Positions 38,780 to 47,557 of a stretch of 64,000 bases of DNA are shown here, one piece after another (within the stretch, counting starts at the first letter, position 1; each line of letters opens with the position of its first letter). The notes beneath the pieces are model-generated. The model saw only the letters and a list, made by a program, of their open reading frames with translations, made no database searches and was not told the origin of the DNA. Both the position numbers and the translations under genes were made by a program. Origin of the DNA: Spirochaetia bacterium (GTDB lineage Bacteria > Spirochaetota > Spirochaetia > CADAEX01); contig JAZURI010000009.1 in NCBI GenBank assembly GCA_045606105.1, positions 32,001 through 96,000 on the forward strand, given 5' to 3'.

Positions 38780-39904
38780 ATGATTTTTTATTCCATCCTG
38801 ATGATAGCAGTTCATGTTGTTATATCAGTAGGAATAATCAGGGCCTGTCTTGAAAGCCGTCGGCTCAGTCAGGGCGGAAAGGCGGTTTTCAGGGTTTCAG
38901 TAATAATTCCCGCAAGAAACGAGGCAGAAAATCTGCCTGCACTGTTCAGGTGTCTGGAAAAGGAGATGACTCCCGATGTGGAGATAATCCTGGCCGACGA
39001 CCGTTCCGACGATAGCACCGGGGCCCTTATGAGGGAGTTTGCCGCCGCCCATGCCGGAGTTAAAGTCATTTCCAATTCAGAGCTTCCCCCTTCAGGCATG
39101 AACCCGAAGCATCACATGCTTTCCTTAGCGGAAAAGCATGCATCAGGAGATATTCTTCTTTTTACCGATGCAGACTGTACCGTTCCCGAAAACTGGATCT
39201 CTTCAGTATGCCGTTATTTCAGGAACCGGGAGGTGGGTCTCGTGTTTTCTTCCGTGGTTACGGTTCCGGGAAAGGGCTTTAACAGGAGATACCAGACCTT
39301 CGATCATCTGCTACGGTTCTTCTATACGGTCGGTGCGGTGGGGCTCGGAAATCCCTCCGGCGGCTTCGGTAACAATCTGGCTGTAAGACGGACCGCACTC
39401 AGGGATGTGGGCGGTTTTGAAGGCATCGGTTTTTCCCTTACGGAGGATGCACAGCTTATAGCTGCCGTAAGAAATACGGGAAAATGGAAAATTGCGGTCT
39501 GCCCTTTCAGGGAGGCCCTTGTATATGCCAGACCTCAGGAGCACCTTGCGGATGTTCTCCGTCAGGAGACCAGATGGAGTGCCGGTGCAATTTTCGGTGC
39601 CGACAGGAAAACCGCCGCCATGTACATTTTCATGCTTACCCTTACCTTTGTAAGTACGGTCTCCATCCTGCTGATTCCTTTTTACCGGCCGGCCCTGTTC
39701 CAGTACTTCACTTCCGTCCTTGTCATGGTGATGATCTCCTCCGTAGGCTCCTTCTGGCTCAGGCCGGGACGGGATTTCATGCTGTGGATTCTTCCGTGCT
39801 CCCTCATAGGTACCACCTTCTACGGTCTTACCTTCTTTGCCGCCTTCTTTGTCCGTTCCGTAAACTGGCGGGGAACCAGACTTTTAAAAACAAAAAAATC
39901 CTGA
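38780..39904 (+). CDS. Membrane glycosyltransferase family 2
   Basis: IPARNE, DDRSDD, TDADC, TED, QETRW; N- and C-terminal TM helices. Confidence 0.9.
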   Translation: MIFYSILMIAVHVVISVGIIRACLESRRLSQGGKAVFRVSVIIPARNEAENLPALFRCLEKEMTPDVEIILADDRSDDSTGALMREFAAAHAGVKVISNSELPPSGMNPKHHMLSLAEKHASGDILLFTDADCTVPENWISSVCRYFRNREVGLVFSSVVTVPGKGFNRRYQTFDHLLRFFYTVGAVGLGNPSGGFGNNLAVRRTALRDVGGFEGIGFSLTEDAQLIAAVRNTGKWKIAVCPFREALVYARPQEHLADVLRQETRWSAGAIFGADRKTAAMYIFMLTLTFVSTVSILLIPFYRPALFQYFTSVLVMVMISSVGSFWLRPGRDFMLWILPCSLIGTTFYGLTFFAAFFVRSVNWRGTRLLKTKKS

Positions 39905-39907
39905 CTC

Positions 39908-39936
39908 TTGCAAATGTTTATTTATAGTTATAAAAT
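39908..39936 (+). promoter_or_regulatory. Sigma70-type promoter for the antiporter gene (probably leaderless)
   Basis: TTGCAA-17 nt-TAAAAT-6 nt-ATG; no SD. Confidence 0.55.
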
Positions 39937-39942
39937 ATTTAT

Positions 39943-40902
39943 ATGATCTGGCTTAAATTTGCGGTAAATGCTGCTTTCATCGTTATATTCTGTATCTCGC
40001 TTTCAAAGTACGCAGATCAGCTGGCTGCGGCCAAAAAGGTGGGAAAAGGCTTTGTAGGCTTTGTCCTTCTGGGTGTGGTTACCTCCATCCCTGAGCTTAT
40101 CTCCACTGTTTCATGTACCGCTTTCCTGGACAACCCTATTATGGGTACTGCCAATATCATGGGAAGCAACAATGCCAATATGTTTATCCTTTTCCTGGCT
40201 CTCCTGGGGGTCAAAAGCCTCAGACGTCCCAGCGGAAACATAGATGTGGAAAGCTGCGTATCTCTTGGATACTGCATGATTATCACCACCATCTTTCTTA
40301 TGGGAATCTTTTTTTCGGGAGCCCCGTTCTACGGAAAATCAATCTTTGTTTATCTTATAGCCCTTGTTTTCATACTCAGTATCAGGTCGCTCTACAAATC
40401 CAATGACGAGGGGGACGAGGATACAGGTGAACGGGAATCCCTGGGCTGGTTCTTCTACTGCAAGTTCGTTTTCTTTGCCGTGGGTCTTGTTATTTCCAGC
40501 TTTACCCTTTCAATCGTGGTCGATCAGCTCGGCCGGGAGACAAATATAGGAAGTGCTGCCGCAGGAGCCATTTTCCTTGCATGGGCCACATCACTTCCTG
40601 AGCTGGTGGTTACAATTACTTCCATTATCTGCGGCTCCGTGGAAATGGGAATCGGAAACATCCTCGGAAGCAATATCTTCAATCTCTTTATCCTGGCATT
40701 TGCCGAAACTGTTTCCAGAAGCTCGGTTTCAGTATTCAGCCGTCAGGACGAAATGATGATTCTTGGGGTATTCAATGCTGTTCTTCAGGGAATTCTCCTT
40801 ATTCTTCTCATGCAGAAAAAGCTGAGATGCATAGGGCGTGTTCCTGTCATGCCTCTGTTTTCCATGCTGATTTATATTGCAGGAATGGCTTTCCTTATCT
40901 GA
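39943..40902 (+). CDS. Sodium:calcium antiporter (CaCA/YrbG family)
   Basis: Alpha repeats VTSIPE..NIMGSN and ATSLPE..GNILGSN. Confidence 0.92.
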   Translation: MIWLKFAVNAAFIVIFCISLSKYADQLAAAKKVGKGFVGFVLLGVVTSIPELISTVSCTAFLDNPIMGTANIMGSNNANMFILFLALLGVKSLRRPSGNIDVESCVSLGYCMIITTIFLMGIFFSGAPFYGKSIFVYLIALVFILSIRSLYKSNDEGDEDTGERESLGWFFYCKFVFFAVGLVISSFTLSIVVDQLGRETNIGSAAAGAIFLAWATSLPELVVTITSIICGSVEMGIGNILGSNIFNLFILAFAETVSRSSVSVFSRQDEMMILGVFNAVLQGILLILLMQKKLRCIGRVPVMPLFSMLIYIAGMAFLI

Positions 40903-40918
40903 TTACAGGAGTAAATAT

Positions 40919-42058
40919 TTGAAATTTCTTGGATTTGTACGTCCGTCTCTTCCCGGAACCGATTGTTCCAGGGTGGATGTGGTTGATTGCCGTAAAGGGC
41001 TTTCCGTGCCCGGTCCCTATGTACTTCTTTCCAATTCCAGGGCTGAAGGGCTGGCCGGCTCCTTTATCACCTTTGACAAGTGTGTATCAAGAGGAAAAAA
41101 AGGCTCTCTTCTTATCAGCTCCGACATAAGGAAGCTGGATCTGCCGATTGTTGTTGCCGACATGAAGGAGGTAGGTGCAAAAGGGGAGGGAACCCTGTTC
41201 TGTATCAGGCGGGGAACCATTCTTGTGGGTCCCTTTGTATACCGGGCTGGAAAAGGGCTTATCGTGCCTGCGGGCCGGGTGGCAGGAAAGTACGAAATAA
41301 ATAATTCCGATATATATACCGTTCATGAGGGTGAAACATTTATCTGGGAGGAAAAGCTTCCTTCCTGTTATATTCCATTTGATGCCGGAAAAGAGATTCT
41401 TCCTGCCGTGAAGCAGGAGCCTGCTGCCGGTACGGAAGCCGTGTCTGAACCCGGACCTGTACCCGCAGCCGTAAATAAGGTCTCCGAGCCTGTACCTGCT
41501 TCGGAGCCTGTATCTGAATCTGCACCGCCGGCTGCCGAAGTTCAGGCTGCCGAAACTCCGGCTCCTTCTGTTTTTCAGGGGCAGATAGAGAAGTACGAAG
41601 CTGCGGCGGAAAAGCTCAGGCAGGAGAACCGCCGTCTGAAGGAGGAGCTGGAGCAGCTCCGGAATGCACCTGTTATCCATATTGCCGGCAGCGATGAATT
41701 TTTTCCCGGCGAGGCAAAGGATATGGTTCTGGCTGCCGTGGATGAGTATCTGAAAAAATGCGGCCCGGAACTCCGGCGCAGGGAAATCCTGTCAGCTGTA
41801 CTGGAAAAGAATGAATATCTTCATGTTCTTGAAAAAAGAAGGGAGGAACTGAGAAGCCTGCTGAAGGGGTACGACGGTCTGACTCCCGGACTCAGAAAAA
41901 AGCTTGAGGAGCTGGGATTTATCTGCACCGAGACGGGCCGGCACTACAAGCTCCGTTATTACGGCGATTCCCGTTACTGGGTAACCATGGCCAAGACTCC
42001 CAGCGACAGTCAGCGGGGAGACAAGAACCTTATTGCAAAGCTTATAAAGCTGATGTAG
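40919..42058 (+). CDS. Hypothetical multidomain protein: Pro/Ala/Glu linker, coiled coil, C-terminal HicA-like domain
   Basis: TTG start after SD AGGAG; low-complexity EPVPA linker; C-terminal LEELGF..TGRHYKL..TPSD..RG..N. Confidence 0.6.
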   Translation: MKFLGFVRPSLPGTDCSRVDVVDCRKGLSVPGPYVLLSNSRAEGLAGSFITFDKCVSRGKKGSLLISSDIRKLDLPIVVADMKEVGAKGEGTLFCIRRGTILVGPFVYRAGKGLIVPAGRVAGKYEINNSDIYTVHEGETFIWEEKLPSCYIPFDAGKEILPAVKQEPAAGTEAVSEPGPVPAAVNKVSEPVPASEPVSESAPPAAEVQAAETPAPSVFQGQIEKYEAAAEKLRQENRRLKEELEQLRNAPVIHIAGSDEFFPGEAKDMVLAAVDEYLKKCGPELRRREILSAVLEKNEYLHVLEKRREELRSLLKGYDGLTPGLRKKLEELGFICTETGRHYKLRYYGDSRYWVTMAKTPSDSQRGDKNLIAKLIKLM

Positions 42059-42064
42059 GGCTTT

Positions 42065-43042
42065 CTATTTCAGAAAATCGGTAAGAATTTCCAGATATTC
42101 CCGGGCAGTGGTGCAGTAGACAATCCTGTTCCTTATTTCCGCACTTCCCGGAAGTCCTTTTGTATAGGCGCACAGATGCTTTTTCATCTCCTTGCAGGCC
42201 ATGTTTGCCCCAAGATATTTTACCGAGCTGTTGAAATGCTTCAGAGCGTTTTCCAGTCTTGTCTGCGGCGATATGGGGGTATAGCTCCCTTTTTCGATAA
42301 GCTCCCTGCTGTAGGTGAATATTTCGGGGCATCCCACCGAGCCTCTGGCTATCATTACGGCATCACAGCCGGTTTCTGTCAGCATATCCCTTACCGCTTC
42401 CGGTGAAAAAAGGTCGCCTGAGCCGATTACCGGTACGGAGGAGTTCTTTTTCAGCTCCTTTATAAGGCTCCAGTCTGCAAAGCCGGCATAATCCTGGCTT
42501 CTTGTCCTTGGATGAAGAGTCATGGCATTTACCCCGGCCCTCTGGGCTTCCTCGGCCACCTGAAGAAAATTAATGGAGCTTTTGTCCCAGCCGGAGCGGA
42601 ACTTGATTGAGACAGGAATATCGGTTTCGTTTTTCAGGGCCTTTACTATTTCGTATATCCTTTCCGGATCCCTGCCCAGCGCGGCACCGCATCCCGATTT
42701 CAGTACCTTGGGAACGGGACATCCGCAGTTTATGTCGATAAGGTTCGGCTTCATGGCTGCCACCTTGGGCAGGGACCTGACTGCAACATCGGCATTGGAT
42801 GCAAAGATCTGGATTGCATAGAAGCGTTCCAGATCCCCTTTCCGCATGAGACCTTCTGTCTTTTCGCTGTTTCTTGTAAGGGCCTCGGAGGAAACCATCT
42901 CCGTGTATCCCATGGCTGCGCCCCATTCCGAGACCATGTCCCTGAATGCGGCATCGGTAAAACCGGCCATGGGTGCAAGGAAGATATTTCCGGGTACGGT
43001 TATCTTGTCTGAAAAACAGACCGGATGAAGAAGCCGGTCCAT
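42065..43042 (-). CDS. dusB: tRNA-dihydrouridine synthase B
   Basis: LAPMAGFTD, YTEMVS, DINCGCPVPKV, LHPRT, VMIARG. Confidence 0.94.
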   Translation of the reverse strand: MDRLLHPVCFSDKITVPGNIFLAPMAGFTDAAFRDMVSEWGAAMGYTEMVSSEALTRNSEKTEGLMRKGDLERFYAIQIFASNADVAVRSLPKVAAMKPNLIDINCGCPVPKVLKSGCGAALGRDPERIYEIVKALKNETDIPVSIKFRSGWDKSSINFLQVAEEAQRAGVNAMTLHPRTRSQDYAGFADWSLIKELKKNSSVPVIGSGDLFSPEAVRDMLTETGCDAVMIARGSVGCPEIFTYSRELIEKGSYTPISPQTRLENALKHFNSSVKYLGANMACKEMKKHLCAYTKGLPGSAEIRNRIVYCTTAREYLEILTDFLK

Positions 43043-43815
43043 TATTCTGTAATATTGAAGAATCCCAGGCTGTTCCTGTAGAGAATATCGGCAGTTTCCT
43101 CCACATCCATACCCCTGAGTGCTGCAATGAATTCCGCTGTGGAGTGGATATATGCAGGCTTGTTTCTTTTTCCCTTGTATTCGGCAGGAACCATGAAAGG
43201 GCTTTCCGATTCGATAAGCATGTTCTCCAGCGGCATGTTTCTTGCTGTTTCATGGAGATTCTTTGCTGTCTTGTAGGTCACGTTTCCCGAGAATGAGATA
43301 TACATGCCCAGGTCGATAGCCTTCTTTGCATATTCCCAGTCCTCTGAAAAGCAGTGAAGTACTCCGCTTCTTGAAGGAAGTCTGTGTCTGAGAATCTCAA
43401 GAATATCCTGGCCTGCTTCCCTGTTATGGATGATTACGGGGAGATTGAGCTGCTGTGCCAGTTCCAGCTGTCTGATGAACAGGGCAATCTGGGAGTCCTT
43501 GTCACCGAACTTCCTGTAGTAGTCAAGACCTGTTTCTCCTACGGCAACCACCCTGTCATAGGCTGCTCCCGCAATGATTTTTTCTTCCCAGTTCTTTCCC
43601 TGGTGACGGACCTCGGAAGGAGAAATTCCGATGCTGTGGTAAATGTTTGTTGCTGTCCTGAGATTTTCATACACGATGAAAAAGTCATGGAGACTGTTGC
43701 AGATGCTTACAATGTGTTCAACATTTGCCTGCCTGGCTTCCTGTACAACTATGAGTTCTTCTATGGGGTCTTCATGGATAAGACCGATGTGCGCATGAGT
43801 ATCAAAAAATTTCAT
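43042..43815 (-). CDS. TatD family hydrolase
   Basis: FDTHAH, GETGLDY, IIHNREA, LHCFS; start at ATG 43815. Confidence 0.93.
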   Translation of the reverse strand: MKFFDTHAHIGLIHEDPIEELIVVQEARQANVEHIVSICNSLHDFFIVYENLRTATNIYHSIGISPSEVRHQGKNWEEKIIAGAAYDRVVAVGETGLDYYRKFGDKDSQIALFIRQLELAQQLNLPVIIHNREAGQDILEILRHRLPSRSGVLHCFSEDWEYAKKAIDLGMYISFSGNVTYKTAKNLHETARNMPLENMLIESESPFMVPAEYKGKRNKPAYIHSTAEFIAALRGMDVEETADILYRNSLGFFNITE

Positions 43816-43888
43816 GATTGTTTTTTCCTGATATTTTGTTGTATTACTATTATAATAACACCTGAAAACGGGAGTCGTCAACATTTAT

Positions 43889-43917
43889 TTGACAAAACAT
43901 TTCCCCGATGGTATATT
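43889..43917 (+). promoter_or_regulatory. Sigma70-type promoter for the M23-bactofilin operon
   Basis: TTGACA-17 nt-(TGG)TATATT. Confidence 0.65.
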
Positions 43918-43939
43918 GAAAAATGCATAGGAGAGGAGT

Positions 43940-44932
43940 GTGTCCCCTGTAAAACATTATAAAAAGGCTGAAAGCCGGCTTGTGAGAATTATACAGAGGT
44001 TTTTCTGCACTCTGGGTTCGGCGGTTTCATCGTTCATCATGGGAATAGTCGGTTTCTGCAGACAGCAGCTGACAGTTATGTTTATTCCCCATTCCGAAAG
44101 AACAATATTCAACTTCAGGATTTCGGTTTTTTCACTTATAGTAATCACTTTTCTCTTTGCTTGCATGGTCATGTCATTTATCCTGTTTACCACCAGGTTT
44201 ACGGGGGTGTCGGACATGCTGGTCTCCAGCAGTACGGAGCTTGAAAGGAAGGAGGAATCCCTGGAGATAATCAGGGACAGGATCTCTGACCTGAAGAATG
44301 CCTCCAGGATGTTTGAGGAATCGCTGCACAGGACGGTGGAAAACCTGGGACTGGAACAGGAAACCGGCTTCAGGGATAAAGCACCGGAAGAAAAATACGG
44401 GGATATCAGGGAAATCGAGGAGCTGAGGTCGCTTACCCTTCTTCTCAGGGAATCCATGGGCTATTTTGACGAGATTTCAGCCCTTCTGCAGGCACAGCAG
44501 GATCTCATTGTGGAGCTTCCTACCATGTGGCCTCTCAAGGATGTACGGGGCAGGGTAACTTCATCCTTCGGCCCTACCACACACCCTTTTACCAGAAACT
44601 GGTATCTGCACAAGGGTATAGATATTGCTTACAAGCGTGGTACCAAGCTGGTGGCCACTGCCAACGGCAAGGTGATAGAAAAGGGCTATGAGCCCAACGG
44701 ATACGGAAATTATATTGTAATAAAGCATAAGTACGGTATTTATACAAAATTTGCCCATATGGACAAGGTATATGCCAAGGAGGGACAGAATGTCCTGCAG
44801 GGTGATGTTATAGGAACCCTGGGAAACACAGGTCTTTCCACGGGACCCCATGTCCATTATGAGGTCAGGATAGGTACTCAGGTCGTGGATCCGCAGCGGT
44901 ACCTGAATTTCAAGAGCCGGAGCGATGCTTGA
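43940..44932 (+). CDS. Membrane-anchored M23 family peptidoglycan endopeptidase
   Basis: TM helix, coiled coil, HKGID, GYGNY, FAHM, STGPHVHYEV. Confidence 0.93.
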   Translation: MSPVKHYKKAESRLVRIIQRFFCTLGSAVSSFIMGIVGFCRQQLTVMFIPHSERTIFNFRISVFSLIVITFLFACMVMSFILFTTRFTGVSDMLVSSSTELERKEESLEIIRDRISDLKNASRMFEESLHRTVENLGLEQETGFRDKAPEEKYGDIREIEELRSLTLLLRESMGYFDEISALLQAQQDLIVELPTMWPLKDVRGRVTSSFGPTTHPFTRNWYLHKGIDIAYKRGTKLVATANGKVIEKGYEPNGYGNYIVIKHKYGIYTKFAHMDKVYAKEGQNVLQGDVIGTLGNTGLSTGPHVHYEVRIGTQVVDPQRYLNFKSRSDA

Positions 44933-44947
44933 AAAGGACAGGAATAT

Positions 44948-45355
44948 ATGGGAAAGGATAACGGCGCGGCAGGAAATGCCTTGGTAAATTCTCTTCTGGG
45001 ACAGGGCTCTTCCTTCAGGGGAGATATAAACGTAACCGGAATGCTCAGACTGGACGGTGATTTCATCGGCTCCATTGTCAGTACCGGAAAGGTGTTCATA
45101 AGCGAAACCGCAAGGGTTGAAAGCTGCATCCGGGCCAGCTCCGTGGTGGTCGGAGGTGTGGTAAAGGGCAATATTACGGCAACCGACAAGGTAACCGTGC
45201 TTTCCACCGGAATGGTGATAGGTGATATCCGGACCGCAAGGCTTGTGGCAGAGGAAGGGGTGGTGCTGGACGGCAGCTGCTTCATTTCCATAGAAAAGAA
45301 AGAAGATAAGAAAAAAGAAAAGAAAGAGCCTGCAGATAAAGAAGCCGAAGCATGA
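44948..45355 (+). CDS. Bactofilin (polymer-forming cytoskeletal protein)
   Basis: SLLGQGSSFRGDI..LRLDG..G.V.GNI.A..V.GDI..L.EEG. Confidence 0.92.
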   Translation: MGKDNGAAGNALVNSLLGQGSSFRGDINVTGMLRLDGDFIGSIVSTGKVFISETARVESCIRASSVVVGGVVKGNITATDKVTVLSTGMVIGDIRTARLVAEEGVVLDGSCFISIEKKEDKKKEKKEPADKEAEA

Positions 45356-45702
45356 AGGAACATGATGCCGGAGAGCTGATATCCGGGGTAAAAAGGGAAG
45401 GGGAGCGGCTTCTGGCCGATCCGTGCAGGGAAAATATCGATTCCTACCGGGAGACCCTGAGAAAGCTTCTTGCCTATATTGCTGAAAATGCTTACAGTAT
45501 TGAAAGAGAAACAGAAAGAAAGATTGACAGGAGAAAAATGCCTCCCTTCAACAGGATTGAAATAGTCAGGGAACGGCTTGTTTCCACCGGAAAAATAGAT
45601 GATGATATTGTTGCCGCCCTTTTCGAGCAGCAGAAAAAACAGCTGGAAATATTGGGGAAGCAGGGTAATCCGGAGGGTCTTCTGCTGAATCTGGACAGAT
45701 AG
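45352..45702 (+). CDS. YaaR/DUF327-like protein
   Basis: GERLLADP..IDSYRE..LLAY; QLEILG..GLLLNL; adjacent to ricT. Confidence 0.7.
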   Translation: MKEHDAGELISGVKREGERLLADPCRENIDSYRETLRKLLAYIAENAYSIERETERKIDRRKMPPFNRIEIVRERLVSTGKIDDDIVAALFEQQKKQLEILGKQGNPEGLLLNLDR

Positions 45703-45716
45703 ACGGATGGTAATAC

Positions 45717-46640
45717 ATGAGTGATGAAATTTCAGAAGATATTGTTCTTGATGAAGAACAGGAAATAAACGAAAACCCGGATATAGATTTTCCGGAAAGG
45801 CTTATAAAGGTACGTTTTGTCCATTTCAATGAGACAGAGTACTGTGAATATCCGGCCGATATGGAGCTTTCCAACCGGGATTATGTGGTGGCAGACGGAA
45901 AGTACGGCAAGGACCTGGCTATGGTCAAGGGAGATGTCTACATGGTTTCCGAAAAGGGTAAGCCAAAGCATGTAAGGGAAATCTACTCCATAGTCCGCAA
46001 GGCCACAGAGGCCGACCTTGAAAAATATCGTGAGAATACCGAAAGGGAAAAGGATGCCTTCAGGATCTGTGCCGAAAAGATTGCGGATCACAAGCTGGAC
46101 ATGAAGCTGGTATCAGCCCATTACCTTCTGGATGAGCCGAAGGTGATGTTCTTCTTTACCGCCGACAACCGTATCGACTTCAGGGCTCTGGTAAAGGACC
46201 TGGTGGTGGTGTTCCGTGTCAGGATCGAGCTCCGGCAGATCGGTGTAAGGGATGAGGCCATGGTAACAGGAGGACTCGGTGTCTGCGGCAGGGATTACTG
46301 CTGTCACGGCATTACCGACAAGCTCAGGACCGTTTCCATAAAAATGGCCAAGGATCAGAATCTTTCTCTCAATTCCATGAAGATTTCGGGTGCCTGCGGC
46401 AGGCTTCTCTGCTGTCTTGCCTATGAATACGACTTCTATGCCGAGGAAAGAAAAAAATATCCCAACGAGGGAAGCCGTGTGGTTTACGAGGATAAATTCT
46501 ACAAGGTTACCGAGAACAATGTACTGACAAAGACCGTGAAAATCACGGCTGCAGACGGGGCCGGCTTTGTGATGCCGCTTTCCGGTTTTGTTTTCGATTC
46601 TGAGAAGAGAGTATGGCGCGTAACCGAAGAGCCTAAATAA
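45717..46640 (+). CDS. ricT: PSP1 domain protein RicT/YaaT
   Basis: RIDFRALVKDL, RIELRQIGVRDEA, GVCGRDYCC, KISGACGRLLCCLAYE. Confidence 0.9.
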   Translation: MSDEISEDIVLDEEQEINENPDIDFPERLIKVRFVHFNETEYCEYPADMELSNRDYVVADGKYGKDLAMVKGDVYMVSEKGKPKHVREIYSIVRKATEADLEKYRENTEREKDAFRICAEKIADHKLDMKLVSAHYLLDEPKVMFFFTADNRIDFRALVKDLVVVFRVRIELRQIGVRDEAMVTGGLGVCGRDYCCHGITDKLRTVSIKMAKDQNLSLNSMKISGACGRLLCCLAYEYDFYAEERKKYPNEGSRVVYEDKFYKVTENNVLTKTVKITAADGAGFVMPLSGFVFDSEKRVWRVTEEPK

Positions 46641-46654
46641 TTCAGGCAGTATTA

Positions 46655-46683
46655 TTGACACAAGTCATTGATGTCTTTATATT
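46655..46683 (+). promoter_or_regulatory. Sigma70-type promoter
   Basis: TTGACA-17 nt-TATATT upstream of the 56-aa ORF. Confidence 0.65.
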
Positions 46684-46710
46684 TACAATATTAATTAATC
46701 GGAGGAACAA

Positions 46711-46881
46711 ATGGGACAGGTAAGTAAGAACTCCCGTGTCGGATCATCTACTCATAAGTTTTTCTGCCCATGTGGTGGAGAAATCAAAATGAAGACTGTT
46801 TTTGCAACCGGAAAGAAGAAAAACTTCGCCGAGTGTGAAAAGTGCAAAAGACAGGAACGCAAACCAAGCGATTTCAAATAA
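46711..46881 (+). CDS. Small basic zinc-ribbon protein (56 aa), absent from the ORF track
   Basis: Hand-translated MGQVSKNSRVGSSTHKFFCPCGGEIKMKTVFATGKKKNFAECEKCKRQERKPSDFK; SD GGAGGA at 46701; consensus promoter. Confidence 0.8.
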   Translation: MGQVSKNSRVGSSTHKFFCPCGGEIKMKTVFATGKKKNFAECEKCKRQERKPSDFK

Positions 46882-46955
46882 GATCGGTTAAAGTCTTATT
46901 GACTATCCGGTTTTAATTTGCTAAAAACATTTTATTAATATTAAGGAGTAAATCG

Positions 46956-47210
46956 TTGTCAGAAAAAAGGTACAGACAGAGTTTGAAAAGACATCTCAGA
47001 AATAAGATGACAAAGAGCGAAGTCAAAACTTATATCAAAGATTTTACTGCTGCAGTTAATGGAAATGACAAAGCCGAAGCTGAAAAGGCATTTATTCTTG
47101 TTACAAAGAAAATGGACACAGCTGCCGGAAAAGGCATTTATCACAAGAATACTGTTGCAAGAAAAAAATCAAGATTGGCAAAAAAGCTTAACAAGCTTAT
47201 CGCCGGCTGA
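46956..47210 (+). CDS. rpsT: 30S ribosomal protein S20
   Basis: EKRYRQS..RN..KSEVKT, KGIYHKNTVARKKSRL; TTG start after SD AAGGAG gives a short N-terminus. Confidence 0.95.
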   Translation: MSEKRYRQSLKRHLRNKMTKSEVKTYIKDFTAAVNGNDKAEAEKAFILVTKKMDTAAGKGIYHKNTVARKKSRLAKKLNKLIAG

Positions 47211-47254
47211 TTAACGGTAATTAATCCTGGGTTCTATATCGGAGTTATGAAGAA

Positions 47255-47557
47255 ATGAAAGTTACAAAAAATGATGTAGTTGAAAATATCTACGAGGATA
47301 CAGGATTAAAAATTACCAAAAAAGATATTCATTTAATCGTTGACAAAGTTTTTGAAGAAATCAAACAGGCTCTTATTGAAGATCAAACTGTAGAATTACG
47401 CGGCTTCGGCACTTTTGAAGTCAGGACTCGTAAAGGACGGGAAAAAGCCCGCAATCCGAAAACCGGAGAGAAGGTATCGGTTGATGTCCACGGAGCCGCC
47501 GTATTTAGACCTGGAAAGGAACTTAAAAACAGTGTCTGGTCTATCAGGAAAGCTTAA
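47255..47557 (+). CDS. hbb: HU/IHF-family nucleoid protein (Hbb-like)
   Basis: VELRGFGTFEVR..RKGR..ARNPKTGE..FRPGKELK; follows rpsT as in spirochetes. Confidence 0.9.
   Translation: MKVTKNDVVENIYEDTGLKITKKDIHLIVDKVFEEIKQALIEDQTVELRGFGTFEVRTRKGREKARNPKTGEKVSVDVHGAAVFRPGKELKNSVWSIRKA

Noticed and set aside
41400-41570. Short repeated DNA motifs as possible CRISPR or VNTR
   Set aside because: Irregular, in-frame, and explained by the Pro/Ala/Glu linker; no repeat-spacer periodicity or cas genes.
46956-46985. Short N-terminus of S20 suggesting a missed start
   Set aside because: A strong SD (AAGGAG) 6 nt before TTG 46956 supports the annotated start; the S20 N-terminus is variable.
47415-47531. 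Extended lnt N-terminus given by the ORF track
   Set aside because: Overlaps the conserved hbb coding region; a later start fits the first TM helix better.
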